A DNA stretch of 64,000 nt from Eledone cirrhosa (lineage: Eukaryota): assembly GCA_964016885.1 (NCBI GenBank), contig OZ024762.1, forward strand, positions 9,238,001-9,302,000, written 5' to 3'. The notes beneath the pieces are model-generated. The model made no database searches and was not told the DNA's origin. It saw only the letters and a list, made by a program, of their open reading frames with translations. This document shows positions 28,487 to 44,289 of this stretch, in pieces. Position 1 is the stretch's first letter. Each line of letters begins with the position of its first letter. The position numbers and the translations under genes are program-made.

Positions 28487-28799
28487 TGTACATATATATA
28501 TATATGTATATATATATATGTATATATATGTGTATGTATATATATGTATGTATATATATTTCCTTTTTTCTATGTATGTATAGTATATATTGTGTGTGCA
28601 TGTATGTGTGTCTAGAATGTACATGTGTATATATATATATATATAAATATATGTATATATACATGTATATATATATATATATATGTATAAGTATATGTAT
28701 ATGTACATATATATGAAATATATATATATATATACATACATACATATATATGTATATCTATATCTATATGTACATATACATGTATATGTACACACACAC

Positions 28800-28880
<81 letters not shown>

Positions 28881-29363
28881 ATATATTTCAGCAGCCGATG
28901 GTAAATTTACGTGATGACCAAACACTTCTTCATATTTCTCTCGCCAAATCTAACGTATTTCTCAGAGAGACTCATGTGAATCTCACCTAAATTTGGCATG
29001 TCTTCACTAGTCCACATCTACCAACATCCCCTTCATTACATACCTTATTCCTACCTTATCTTCCGTCTTTCTTTCTCTCTTTATTTATTTATTTTTTCTT
29101 TTTTTTTCTTCTTTATATATTTATTCATTTACTTATTTCTAATCCTCTCATACTTTCTCTCTTCCTTTCTCTCTTCCTTTCTCTCTTCCTTTCTCTCTTC
29201 CTTTCTCTCTTCCTTTCTCTCTTCCTTTCTCTCTTCCTTTCTCTCTTCCTTTCTCTCTTCCTTTCTCTATTTGTCTCTATCTTTCTTTCGTTCTTTTTTC
29301 TTTTTTTCCTGGTTCTTTTCTCTCTTATTTGTATTCTTCTGAATTAATTTGTATTATGCACAG

Positions 29364-29429
<66 letters not shown>

Positions 29430-29724
29430 CTATCTGTTTAGGCGTTTGTTTGTGTATGTATGTATGTGTGCATGTATGTGTGTATGTGTGTGCAAATATT
29501 TGTTTATGTATGAATTTCATAATACATGTATGTTTATGTACAAGGATATGCAATTTGATATTCATACGTGCACACACAGTATGTATAATCATGGTGCGTG
29601 TGTGTATCTATGTATGAACACACACACACACTCACACACACACACACACATATATATATATAATAATAATAATACATGTGTGTAAAAGTATATACATATA
29701 TATATATATGTGTATGTGTGTTGT

Positions 29725-30260
29725 GTACATATTATGGACGAATCGCTCGTATCAATGCTAGTATTATCTTCTTTAAACTCCAGATATTGTGTAGTGATGT
29801 AGCGTCCCCTCTGAGTGTCTTGATCCACAAACATGTTTCAAGAATCTGTTTTAGTGTTATTTTTAGCTGCACCTATATACCTTCTTGTTTCATCATCAAC
29901 TGCATGGAAGACATTAAGTAGATAAAACAATGCTTTAGAAAAACACTGACTGTTGAGAGCGGATATTAGGGTGGTGGATTGGCAGAATCGGTAGAGCGTT
30001 AGACACCATGCTTTGCAGCATAGAGTTACGGCCCTTTACATTCTGAGTTCAAATTTCGCCGAGGTTAACTTTGCCTTTCAATGTTACTGGATCGATAAAA
30101 TAAAGTACCAGTAATGCACTGGGGGTAATTGCTGGCCTTATGTTATTGTCGTTGCAATTACAAAGAAGAGAAGGGGTTTTTGTGTTTCTACTTGGACATA
30201 CTCTTTTGTTTTTGCTGGCTTAACGTTATGCCTACTAAAGATTTTACGTTTAGGAAAGTC
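29725..30260 (-). mobile_element. Decayed Penelope-like ORF (Cys-rich linker plus GIY-YIG endonuclease), split by a SINE
   Basis: DFPKRKIFSRHNVK...SKNKRV...LCNCNDNN | ALNSQCFSKALFY..NV...DDETRRYIGAAKNNTK...YITTQYLEFKEDN. This matches the PLE pattern HFPK..KIFNRNNVK / CNC..CPL.G.C / VY..V..YIG. Confidence 0.75.
29968..30140 (+). mobile_element. Near full-length Nin/Deu-type SINE
   Basis: A-box TGGCAGAATCGG, B-box GAGTTCAAATT, family core. Confidence 0.9.
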
Positions 30261-30289
30261 CCGACTGCATTCGATCGAACTGATCAGAT

Positions 30290-30434
30290 TTAAGGAGTAT
30301 TGTACCATAGGTACTTTAGAGCTCTTTTCTTTTAACTATATCCTACTTATGAGGTAACAGACTCAGAAAGACTCCTTGATACCTCACTATCGAAATATGT
30401 CTGGAATTAAAAGAAGATAATATTAACAATCATA

Positions 30435-30435
<1 letters not shown>
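30290..30435 (+). mobile_element. Penelope-like endonuclease fragment in inverted orientation to the adjacent one
   Basis: IGTLE...DTSLSKYVW(fs)LKEDNIN matches the PLE T.LSKYIW.LK..N motif. Confidence 0.65.
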
Positions 30436-30475
<40 letters not shown>

Positions 30476-30510
30476 AACATACATATATATATATACACAA
30501 ACATACATAC

Positions 30511-30561
<51 letters not shown>

Positions 30562-31442
30562 CTTTACAATTGCCATATTGCGTGAAACGGTTCAAAGAAA
30601 AAAATACTTTTTAAATTCCACCATTGCTGATCATCTCTGCTGCATCTCTACTTCATGAATACTGCATCTCTACTGCATCTCTACTGTATCTCTGCTGTAT
30701 CAATACTGCAACTCAACTTCATCAATACTGCATCTCTACTGGAGTATCGACAGCATAAACAGCAACGAAGTCATTACAGTAAATGATATAATACTTACCA
30801 ACACCACCGCCAACACCAACACCATCACCATCACCACCACCAAAACCATCACCACCACCATCACCACCGCTAACACCCTCACCACTACTGTCACCACCCA
30901 CCACCACCACCACCACCACCAAAACCATCACCACCACCACCGCCAACACCCTCACCACTACTGTCACCACCACCACCACCACCACCACCAAAACCATCAC
31001 CACCACCACCAAAACCATCACCACCACCACCACCACCGCCAACACCCTCACCACTACTGTCACCACCACCACCACCACCACCAAAACCATCATCACCACC
31101 ACCACCACTAATGAGTTCATTGTTTACTTCCATCCACCTCCACCGCCGCCTCTTTCAATTTCTCCTCCTTCTATGTCTTCTACGACCTTTACTTTCTACC
31201 TCACCCCGCCACCCCCCTCGTCTCTTCTTTGGCCATACCAGTATTACCAACTCTGCTTCAATGTTACTCTATATATATATATACGCACACACATATACAT
31301 ATGTATATATATACACCACATATACATATGTATATACATATATACACACGAATACATATGTATAATATATATATATATACAGGCATATACATATGTATAT
31401 ATATATACACACATATACATATATATATACACACGAATACAT

Positions 31443-31486
<44 letters not shown>

Positions 31487-31539
31487 TTGTGTGTGTGGGT
31501 GTGTGTGTGTGTATTATATGAAGAATGGATTTCTGAAGA

Positions 31540-31655
31540 GAAAGGAATAGAGTACTCAATACATTAGTAGAGAAGCTACATATTAACACCGTAAAGGAAT
31601 GTACCGATGATTTCAAACGACTGAAACATTTCTAGTCCTGTAGAAATCATTTCTA
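31540..31655. mobile_element. Degenerate family D mini-element
   Basis: CCGATGAtttc...GAAACAtttctagtcCTGTAgaaat plus an inverted GTACTCAATACA tail motif. Confidence 0.55.
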
Positions 31656-31690
31656 TATCATATATGTATATATATATATACATATATATA

Positions 31691-31786
<96 letters not shown>

Positions 31787-31792
31787 ATATAT

Positions 31793-31826
<34 letters not shown>

Positions 31827-31843
31827 ATGTGTGTGTGTGCGTG

Positions 31844-31882
<39 letters not shown>

Positions 31883-31891
31883 GTGTGTGTA

Positions 31892-31938
<47 letters not shown>

Positions 31939-32020
31939 ATTAATGCATTGAGTACTTTATTTAACTAAATTACTGTTCACTTCTTTTCCTTTTCCGAAAA
32001 CAAGTCTTAATGCATGTACG

Positions 32021-32141
<121 letters not shown>

Positions 32142-32217
32142 GTATGTATGTGTTTATATATATGTATATGTATATGTATGTGTTTGTGTATTCACATGCA
32201 CACATACATACATGCTG

Positions 32218-32280
<63 letters not shown>

Positions 32281-32343
32281 CATACATATACATATGTAAG
32301 TATATATATATATATATATATAAACATACATATATATATGTAA

Positions 32344-32394
<51 letters not shown>

Positions 32395-32397
32395 CAC

Positions 32398-32439
<42 letters not shown>

Positions 32440-32904
32440 CCACCTTCACAGAGTTGAAAAACAAAGTTAACCAGCCCCAATGTGTTCCCTAATCCTTTAA
32501 TAGGGGTGGGTGGGTGGGTAGAGGATTGTTGGGGTTGGGGGGCAGTAGATCAGGGAGAAGGTAAAGGGTGGTAGGAGTTGGGTGTGCGTGAGGATGGGGA
32601 TAGTGGTGGGGGGGGGGGGTATTTGAGGAGGGGGGATCGTAATTATGGTGATTAACTAGTTGAAGACGACGGCGAAGGAGGAGGAGGAGTAGAAGAAAAA
32701 GAAGAAGAAGATACTCAGCTCCAAGGAACAAAAATTAAAACCACAACAACAACAATAACAACAACAACAACAACAACAACAATAACAACAACAACAACAA
32801 TAACCACAACAATAACAACAGTAAAACAATTACAATACTAACAATGCCGGCAACCAGCAGAGCAGCAGGAAGGGAAAAGAGGTATATATATACATATATA
32901 TATA

Positions 32905-33010
<106 letters not shown>

Positions 33011-33025
33011 CATATATATATATAC

Positions 33026-33060
<35 letters not shown>

Positions 33061-33062
33061 TA

Positions 33063-33104
<42 letters not shown>

Positions 33105-33170
33105 TATATATATATATATATGCATATATATATATACACACATATATAGATATATATATGTATATATATA

Positions 33171-33272
<102 letters not shown>

Positions 33273-34680
33273 TACGTATATATATACATATATATATATA
33301 TACATACACATATATATATATACATACACATATATAGACATACATACATACATACATACATACATACATACATACATACATACATACATACATACATACA
33401 TACATACATACATACATACATACATACATTTTTAAAAAATACATAAAATATATAAAGATAAAAAAATATAAAAAAAAATACAAAATATAAAAATATGAAA
33501 AAAAAAGGTTATAGGAGAACAAAACGAGAAATGGGTTTGAAACTCGGCAATTTCCGGTGGCTGCAATATTTTGTCGGTAAACACGACATTAACAAACAAC
33601 AAACAGGTAATATAAGGCGACGGATGATTGCAATTTATCGTTGTGCCCCATGGGGGGATTTATAGACACATACCACTTGTTTACGAACCTATATTACCTA
33701 CTTATTATTTACCACTCTCCATCTACCTCCATCCCACCATCACGACCCTCTACCACCATCCATCCGTCACCACCCTCTACCATCATCCATCACCACCATC
33801 TACCACCATCCTCTAATACCACCCACCATCACCACCCTCCATTACCACCAGCTACCATCATCCATCACCACCATCTACCACCATCCTCCATCACCACCAC
33901 CACCACCACCATCTACCACCCTCCATCACCACCATCATCCATCACCACCCTCCATTCCCACCAGCTACCACCATCCATCCATCACCACCATCTACCACCA
34001 CCCTCCATCACAATCACCACCACCATCTACCACCATCCATCACCACCCTCCATTCCCACCAGCTACCACCATCCATTCATCACCACCATCTACCACCACC
34101 CTCCATCACAATCACCACCACCATCTACCACCATCCATCACCACCATCTACCACCATCATCTACCACCACCATCACCTCTTTAACCCCACCTATCTTTCT
34201 ATCTACCTGACTAACTGATGGGATGGTTTAATGAATGGGTGGATGGATGAATGGATGAATTGATGGTTAGCTGGATGTTTAGCTGGTTGGTTAGTTAAGT
34301 GGCTGATTTGCTGGATGGTTAGCTGGATGGTTGGTTAGATAGTTAGATGGAGCGGTATCTGGCTGGTTAGTTGGATGGTTAGTTAGCTGGCTGGTTAACT
34401 GGATGGTTAACTGGATGGTTAGCTGGATAGTCTAATTTGTATAATGAAAATTTACTTGAGAATTTTTATTCGACCAAAGCATTATTATACATATTCCGAT
34501 GACCGAGCACTGTCATCCGATCATGATGCAAGATTAGACGATTTCATCAGGTGTTGTTTGCAGAATTATATAACAGGATTACGTTGAATTGAAACAGAAT
34601 ATAAAATAGAGGGCCGATTCGATCCGGGGACAGCCTGCCAATTCAGTAAATTTTCCTGTCCGACCTTCTTTTGTTGTTTT

Positions 34681-34728
<48 letters not shown>

Positions 34729-34959
34729 TATATTTAGAGTTATGAACTCAAACAGTCCTTTAAAATTAATTAGCTCAAAGAAAGAAGCATTTCTGAACCG
34801 TGAAATACAAGTTAATATAAATTAATATATGATAAACACATAAGTGTTTGTATTGTAAAAGACGAAGTTAGCTAGAATGAAATAAACTAATTCAAATAAA
34901 TATAGTTTGCCTGTCTCGATTAAAAATAATAAATCAATAAAAACAAACCCATATTGGCA

Positions 34960-35015
<56 letters not shown>

Positions 35016-35219
35016 CTGATGAGGTCTCGATGCAGAGTCAGCTCTCGGTTATCACGTATATTCAAGTATGAATATGTGTATCTATATATATATGTATATA
35101 TATATGTGTGTGTGTGTGTGTGCTCTCATTTGCATACCTGTGTATGGTTGAGAGAGAGAGAGATGGGGAAAGGAAGGATAGATAGATAGATGTATATATA
35201 TATATATATATACATACAG

Positions 35220-35420
35220 ACAGGTAAGTAGAAAGATATGTGTGTATATATATATATAGACAGTTAGGTAGAAAAATAGGTGTGTATATATATATAGACT
35301 GTTAGGTAGAAAGATAGGTGTGTATATATATATAGACTGTTAGGTAGAAAAATAGGTGTGTATATATAGACTGTTAGGTAGAAAGATTGGTGTATATATA
35401 TATATAGATAGACAGGTGTG
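35220..35420. repeat. ~36-40-bp minisatellite (TATAGACTGTTAGGTAGAAA.ATAGGTGTGTATA) x~5
   Basis: Visible tandem units. Confidence 0.85.
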
Positions 35421-35588
35421 TAGATAGATAGATAAATAGATTGATTGATATATATAGATATAAATATAAATAGATAGATGTATATATTAATTGAGAGACA
35501 GATTGATAGCTGTATATATATATATATAATTGTATGTATGTATGTATATATATATATATATGTGTATGTATGTATATATATATATATG

Positions 35589-35620
<32 letters not shown>

Positions 35621-35658
35621 TGTATGCATGTATGTATGTATATATATATGTATGCATG

Positions 35659-35734
<76 letters not shown>

Positions 35735-35761
35735 GAGAGAGGAGGAGAGAGAGAGATTTTC

Positions 35762-35890
35762 GCATTCCATCATTTTTAGCCGTTAGCAAGTCAGAAAACT
35801 GCAAGAACTCTGCACTAATACTAATCAATTACTTTAAGTAAAATATTTCACTGTTTAAAAAACATATTTAATAAATGAAATTCTGAAATT
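35762..35890 (-). mobile_element. Dispersed repeat with a second copy at 39140-39262; possibly a PLE RT remnant
   Basis: The two copies are clearly homologous. The peptide EFH..LNS...[18 protein letters not shown] only weakly resembles PLE RT LPFLD.L..K.G. Confidence 0.5.
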
Positions 35891-36389
35891 TAATCTGTAC
35901 AAGAAATGTTGAAAAATTTTGTTTCTCTTAACACAATGTCCCCATTCTCAAAGAATTCTCATAAAATATGTATTGAGATCCGGATGATTCCAGAGTAATC
36001 CATAAAGAAAAACAAAACGACTCCAATCACACCGGGGGTGATTCTAGAAGGGTGATGGAGAAAGTCTGAAAATTCTAACAGATTTGGAGCGGGAAAGTTG
36101 AAGAGAAAGGAAGATTTTCGTTTCCTGAAATGACAAAATTAATCCGGTCGGGAGAATTCTATAATAGAGATGGGGAAAGATTGAAAGTTCTAATGGATTG
36201 GGGGGTGGAAAGGTTGAAGAAGATTGTTCTACAAAGAGACAGTTTCTGTTTCCTTAAATGTCAAAATAGAACAGGTTTTATACGAAATTAGAAGCTTATG
36301 GTCTCTCTCTCTCTCTCGTTCGATCTCTCTCTCTCTCTCGTTCGATCTCTCTCTCTCTCTCGTTCGATCTCTCTCTCTCTCTCTCGTTC

Positions 36390-36464
<75 letters not shown>

Positions 36465-36559
36465 GAACGATCGACTTTCGTCAAATCGGACCGAGGGAAC
36501 AATGTTTCCGTTGGTCTTTCCAATTGCTAATACTATCTATCGGTCGCAACTCCAGGTAG

Positions 36560-36640
36560 AAGGAGCAACGTGAAATAAAGTGTCTTGCTCAAGGACATAA
36601 CGCATCACCTGGTCCAGGAATCGAACTTACAACCTTACGA
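36560..36640 (-). mobile_element. Fragment of a second tRNA-derived SINE family (CORE-like)
   Basis: Minus strand GTAAGTTCGATTCC B-box followed by TGTCCTTGAGCAAGACACTT. Confidence 0.75.
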
Positions 36641-36703
36641 TAATATATATATTAATGAAAATATGCGAAGTAGTTTCAGATGATAAAGTCCTTTAATGGT
36701 AAT

Positions 36704-36778
36704 GCTGTGATACATATTTCAATGACGACAGTGGCCACACGATTCCGTGTACCCAGTGCCGTGACATCATCAGACAGC
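36704..36778 (-). ncRNA. Type I hammerhead ribozyme motif with a long helix II
   Basis: gctgt CTGATGA [46-nt hairpin: acggca-c-tgg-g-tacacg gaat cgtgtg-g-cca-c-tgtcgt] GAAA tatgta TC acagc. Confidence 0.75.
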
Positions 36779-36965
36779 TTCTTATATAATAAGGTTACGT
36801 TCCCGTGGCAATCCAAACAGAAACGACAAGGGAACGGACAAGGCGTCTGTTCTTGAATCACCTGCCCGTTCTCCTATGGTCAACAATTCACCTCTGCGAT
36901 TCTGCGCAGGCGGAAAATATGCGTCGAGTGCTTGATAAAGAATGGCGTCAATATTTACCATAAGA

Positions 36966-37025
<60 letters not shown>

Positions 37026-37136
37026 CTATGTTTCATCTATGTATGGCTTTCTATTCCTCTGCCTCATTCTCTCTTCCTCAACACATTTTTCTCTCTTATC
37101 TCTATGCATGCGTGTGTGTGTGTGTGTATGAGAGTT

Positions 37137-37169
<33 letters not shown>

Positions 37170-37489
37170 GCACACATACACAGGACTAAAAACAAAACCT
37201 GTCAAAGGGCAAAGGAGCTCTTAAGAGTCAATGGCCATCCAAAATCACCGGGAGAGATGACCCCTTAGCCTTTGTCAAGGCAGAATTCTAGGAGAAGGAA
37301 AACTCTGATATAACACCTGCAACTCTGATGGTATCCAATGATGTTGACTTGTTCTTCTTTTTGGTAAATATCATCTTGGTTAAGAGTGTGGGACTGGCTT
37401 TGTGCAGTGCCTTTGCTCACTATAAAAGCTTCACGGCACAGGCATTGCTTTATATCTGGAGATCTCTCTGCACTTGTCATCACATGGTA

Positions 37490-37656
37490 CCATGGGCTCA
37501 GGACTATGTGTCAGTAATTGTCACAAGTGTAGTGTTTGTACCAGAGTTTTCAAGTCACTGGCTGGACTAAAAAGTCACAGTCGTTCAGCGCATCGGTCGG
37601 GGTCATCCTACATGGATATAAAGTAGTGGCCGTACTTGAAAACGAGTTGGCAGCCA

Positions 37657-37660
<4 letters not shown>
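37490..37660 (+). mobile_element. LINE 3' end with a terminal C2H2 finger (RTE-like)
   Basis: CSVCTRVFKSLAGLKSHSRSAH..* followed by a short UTR and (TA)n. Confidence 0.65.
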
Positions 37661-37732
<72 letters not shown>

Positions 37733-38284
37733 ATACATCTATATATAAATACATGTAGATATACACAGAATGTGATTGCTCCTGTTATATAATCGAATTA
37801 TATGTAGCCAACACTTTGCCAGAACGACAGTTGAATCGAACCTGTAACATCTATAACAACAGCACCATAGAGAGTTACACCGTAAAGTTAAAATGAATGT
37901 ATTTTTCTCCATTCTTATAAATAATGCATTTCTAAAATATTTTAAAAATATTCTAGAATATTCTGGGAAAGAATCGTAAAAAAAAAGAATAAAAAAACCA
38001 TACCTAAAAAAAAAACCCTTAAATTGTAAGAAAAAAAAATTAACAAAAGGTAAGAAGTCTTAAGTATAATAGCTAGCTAATCACTGCAAGCAGGTAAAAA
38101 TTGGTAGAGCAGGCTTCGTTTTAGTTCGTTTTTCGTTTTACTTTTAATTTGTTATCTATTATATAGGTAGAACCGATAGATAGAGTAAGATCGATAATTT
38201 GTTATGGCAGAAAGAGATAGGAAAAAAGAGAGAGTCTGAGAGACGGTGGACATAGTAATGGTGGTGTGTTGGCAGCGAAGTTTT

Positions 38285-38360
<76 letters not shown>

Positions 38361-38463
38361 ATATATATATATATATACAGGTACATACATAGATATATGT
38401 ATGTATATATATATGTATATATATGTATATATATATATACAGGTACAAACACAGATATATGTA

Positions 38464-38503
<40 letters not shown>

Positions 38504-38582
38504 CATATATATATACATACATATATATATACAAACACAGGTACACAGACAGATATATGTACACTTCGTTATATTCACAAGA

Positions 38583-38629
<47 letters not shown>

Positions 38630-38656
38630 ATATAATTATATATATATATATATATA

Positions 38657-38751
<95 letters not shown>

Positions 38752-38836
38752 AGATATTTAGATAGATATTTTCATGTATGGACATATGTACACTTCGTTA
38801 TAGTTGCATGAATATAGTCATATATATGTGTGTGTG

Positions 38837-38905
<69 letters not shown>

Positions 38906-38916
38906 TTATAGATGAA

Positions 38917-38964
<48 letters not shown>

Positions 38965-39096
38965 CGTATATTATTTATATAGGTTTATATGAATACATAA
39001 ATGTGTGTGTGCATAAGTATGTACGTATATAGATAAGGAGATATATAGATAGACAAGTAAGTAGATAGATAGATATATAGATAGATAGATAGATAC

Positions 39097-39139
<43 letters not shown>

Positions 39140-39266
39140 TTCCATCATCTTTAGCCGTTAGCAAATCACAAATCTGCAAGAACTCTGCACTAATTCTAAA
39201 TCATTGTTTTAAGTACAATATCTTACTGTTTAAAAAACAGTCAATAAATGGAATTCTGAACTAAGA

Positions 39267-39331
<65 letters not shown>

Positions 39332-39428
39332 ATATATGTATATATGTAAATATAAATATATATGTGTGGGTGGGTGTGGGTGTATATATCTATCAATCTA
39401 TCTATCTGTATTTATATATATGTATATT

Positions 39429-39495
<67 letters not shown>

Positions 39496-39634
39496 ATGTA
39501 TATTTATATATATATATATATATATGTATATTTATAGATATATATGTATATTTATATATATATATATGTATATTTATATATATATATGTATATTTATATA
39601 TATATATATGTATATTTATTTATATATTTATATT

Positions 39635-39665
<31 letters not shown>

Positions 39666-39923
39666 GTATATTTATATATATATATATGTATATTTATATA
39701 TATATATATTTATATATATATATATATGTATTATATATATATATACTCATATTTCAAAATTTAGTATAATTTACACAGTCCCGTACAAATACGTGAGATT
39801 ATAAACACAATCGAAAACGCACATTCATACACACCGCATACCCCCCCCCCCCCACACACACACATATATATATATATATTATATATATATATACACACAC
39901 ATGTACAATATACATGCAGGAAC

Positions 39924-39987
<64 letters not shown>

Positions 39988-40168
39988 GCATTCGTATATA
40001 TATATATACATATACATATATATATATATATGTATATATATTTATATTTATATATATATATATATACACACACACATTATATTTATGCTATTAAAGTGAT
40101 ATGATATAAAGATGTAGACTATTATGTAACTGTTGGGAACTATAGATGGGGAAACACCTAGATGGATG

Positions 40169-40212
<44 letters not shown>

Positions 40213-40258
40213 CATATATATATATACATATATACACACACACACACATATATATACA

Positions 40259-40305
<47 letters not shown>

Positions 40306-40362
40306 TTATATATATGTATATATATAAATACATATATATGTATATATATATAAATATGTATA

Positions 40363-40422
<60 letters not shown>

Positions 40423-40581
40423 AATATATACACGTATATACATAACTGAATATATATATATACTTAAATATATACATGTATATACATAACTGAATATGTA
40501 TATGAATACATTTATATATATATATGTGTATATATATATGTATATATATATATGTGTATATATATATATATATATGTGTAC

Positions 40582-40704
<123 letters not shown>

Positions 40705-40836
40705 GTACACTTGTATGGTTGTGTGTATACATGCACCCTATATATATATAGGATCTTATGTGTATGTTCGATATATGGCGCGAAAGAGTGCGGAGGAGAA
40801 TTGTAAAGTAAGAACTAAATCTCTCTCTCTCTCTCT

Positions 40837-40918
<82 letters not shown>

Positions 40919-40932
40919 TTTATATAAATATA

Positions 40933-41032
40933 TAAGGTGCTGCAAAAAATGTATTCATACTTTGATAACCTGTACAGGCAATATTTATTACAATGACGTT
41001 GAAGTGTGTATACATTTTTGGGGGGCACCCTG
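40933..41032. mobile_element. 100-bp Tc1/mariner-type MITE, second copy
   Basis: Homologous to 20713-20812; TA flanks. Confidence 0.8.
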
Positions 41033-41099
41033 TATAGAGCGAGAGAGAATGAAAGAAATTAATACTAAAACGAAAGTGTGAAAAAAGTATATATATATA

Positions 41100-41155
<56 letters not shown>

Positions 41156-41266
41156 TATATTTATGTATTTATAAATATACATATATATACTCGTATATAA
41201 TGTATATAATTATATATATGCACATAAAATTATATATATATATATATTATACACACACAAACACAA

Positions 41267-41307
<41 letters not shown>

Positions 41308-41649
41308 GTTTATATATATTATATATATATATATTATATATATATATATAATATATATATATTATATATATATATAATATATATATATTATATATATATA
41401 CACACACATCTATATATCTACACACACATATATATATACTGTATATATATATATACAGTATATATATATATATACAATTTATATATATACGCCATATTTC
41501 TCACCCTTTCTCGTTAAATGATGTCCCTGGGCTTTTTACCAGATTAAAATGTTTAAAACACACAGCTTTCTTCAGACTCAAATTACACCTTATACACTTT
41601 TGCAACATTTATACCTAGATATTTATATACTTTACAATACACTTCTTTT

Positions 41650-41721
<72 letters not shown>

Positions 41722-41927
41722 TATACAAATATATATGTATGTGAATAAATATATTTATACAAATATATATATATATATATATACGTATATGTATGTGTAC
41801 ACATTTATATGTATATATATAGATATATATATGTATTCACATATTTTCTTATATGCGCACATATATATATATATATATATATATTTACAGACACATATAT
41901 TTATACACACACACCCACATACACACA

Positions 41928-41959
<32 letters not shown>

Positions 41960-42058
41960 CACACACATTATATATATACACACACTATTTGTAGCATTTC
42001 TAGCTTACTTCTCATTATTATTTTTTTAAACCATTATTTTTGTACAATTCTTATTTAT

Positions 42059-42172
<114 letters not shown>

Positions 42173-42787
42173 CAGGTGTATTACGGGGTCTGTTATTTTG
42201 TCAAGGTAGCAAGCTCTAATTATAGGGGTATCCAATGATAGCTATGATAAGCATATTACTAACGTCTGTGGTGGTGGTGGTGGTGGTGGTGGTGTTGGTG
42301 GTGGTGCTGGTGTTGGTTGTGTTGGTGGTGGGTGGTGGTTCTTGTGTAGGTGGTAGTGATTGTGGCGTTGTTGTTGTTGTTGGTGGTGGTGGTGGTACTG
42401 GTGGTGGTGGTGGTGGTGGTGGTAGTGATTGTGGCGTTGTTGTTGTTGGTGGTGGTGGTGGTGGTACTGGTGGTGGTGGTGGTGGTGGTGGTACTGGTGG
42501 TGGTGGTGGTGGTGGTGGTACTGGTGGTGGTGGTGGTGGTGGTGGTTGTGTTGGTGGTGGTGGTGGTTGTGTTGGTGGTGGTGGTGGTGGTGGTGGTGGT
42601 GGTGGTGGTGGTGGTGGTGCTACTGGTGGTGGTTGTGTTGGTGGTGGTGGTAGTGGTGATTGTGGCGTTGTTGTTGTTGTTGTTGGTGGTGGTGGTACTG
42701 GTGGTGGTGGTGGTGGTTGTGGTGGTGGTTGTGTTGGTGGTGGTGGTGGTGGTGGTTATTGTGTAGGTGGTGGTGATTGTGGCGTTG

Positions 42788-42818
<31 letters not shown>

Positions 42819-43080
42819 CACTGGTGGTGGTGGTGGTGGTGGTGGTGGTGGTTGTGTTGGTGGTGGTGGCGATTGTGGCATTGTTGTTGTTGGTGGTGGT
42901 GGTGGTGGTGGTGGTGGTGGTGGCTGTGGTGGTGGTGGCTGTGGTACTGGAGATGGTGGTGGTGGTGGTGGTGGCGTTTGTGAAGTTGCGTGCGTTTATC
43001 AGAATATAAGAGGTTTTATATACATTCACACACATATACACACACACATACATACACACATACATACACACATACACACA

Positions 43081-43132
<52 letters not shown>

Positions 43133-43248
43133 CACTTAAACTTTCCTTTATGCATCATGTTTTTCCTTGCATTATATTGGGTCGTCAAGTATGGAATTTG
43201 TAGAAAAAAATAAATTTCTACAAATTTCATATTTGATGACCTTATAAT

Positions 43249-43311
<63 letters not shown>

Positions 43312-43735
43312 AGGGCGGTGTATTGTCAGAATCGGTAGAGCGTCAGACAACATGCTTTGCAGCATAGAATTACGGCCCTTTACGGTCAGAGTTCAAATCC
43401 CGCTGAGGATAACTTCTTTACCTTTCGTCCTTACGGGGGGCGATGAAATAAAGTACCAGTAATGCACTGGGGTAATTGCTGGCCTTGTGCCAAAAGTAGA
43501 AACAAATATTTTACGTTTGCGGTGGATTGGCAGTATCGGTAGAGCGTCAGACAACATGCTTTGCAGCATAGAGTTATAGTCCTTTACGTTCTGAATTCAA
43601 ATCCCACCGAGGTTAGCTTTGCCTTTCGTCCTTACCGGGTCGATGAAATAAAGTACCAGCAATGTACTGGGGTCGATTTAATCGACTTTCCCCTCCCCCA
43701 AATTACTGGCCTTGTGCCTATACTAGAAATTATTA
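43312..43735 (+). mobile_element. Two tandem full-length Nin/Deu-type SINEs (43312-43505, 43519-43735)
   Basis: Each has A-box, B-box, core and tail. Confidence 0.9.
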
Positions 43736-43914
43736 TATATACTATATATAATTAGACCTTGTGGCCAATAAAGAAACCATTATATATACTATATATGTGT
43801 GTGTGTGTGTCTGTGTGTGTGTGTGTGTACACAGACATATACTCATATGCATATTCGTACACCCCTTCCCCCATATATATATATGTGTGTGTGTGTGTGT
43901 GTCTCCAGGGTTCA

Positions 43915-44030
43915 AATGGGGGTAACCACAGTAGAAAAGGTACTCAATACAAAGTAGAGTATATTACAATATTTAATATAGAAATGTCTTCTGCAGGACC
44001 AGAACTGTTTCATTCGAAGAAAATCATGTA
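43915..44030 (-). mobile_element. Family D mini-element, truncated within the HHR core
   Basis: Minus strand ...TGAttttcttcgaatGAAACAGttctggtcCTGCAgaag...ACTCTACTTTGTATTGAGTACC. Confidence 0.7.
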
Positions 44031-44052
44031 TGTATATATATATGTGTGTACA

Positions 44053-44117
<65 letters not shown>

Positions 44118-44289
44118 GATATATCTCACATGAAATGATACAGCCAATTTTCCACACAATACAATTAGTTAGCACCCCGAACGTTTAATTGGGAATATAC
44201 TCAGGTATTTCCTAATGTTTGTCGAGTAAGTTGGAATTTGGCCGGAGTATCGCTAGAAGCTTCCTCCGATAATGTATTTATATATATAT

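Noticed and set aside
28910-29020. Minus-strand open frame [14 protein letters not shown]...
   Set aside because: Overlaps a dispersed repeat fragment similar to 25110-25137; no good splice acceptor.
29835-29845. In-frame TGA in the PLE remnant as possible selenocysteine
   Set aside because: Not at a conserved Cys position and the element is otherwise decayed.
34500-35060. CTGATGA words at ~34545 (-) and ~35017 (+); likewise 55723, 62603 and 63095
   Set aside because: No complete HHR fold (GAAA or NUH missing).
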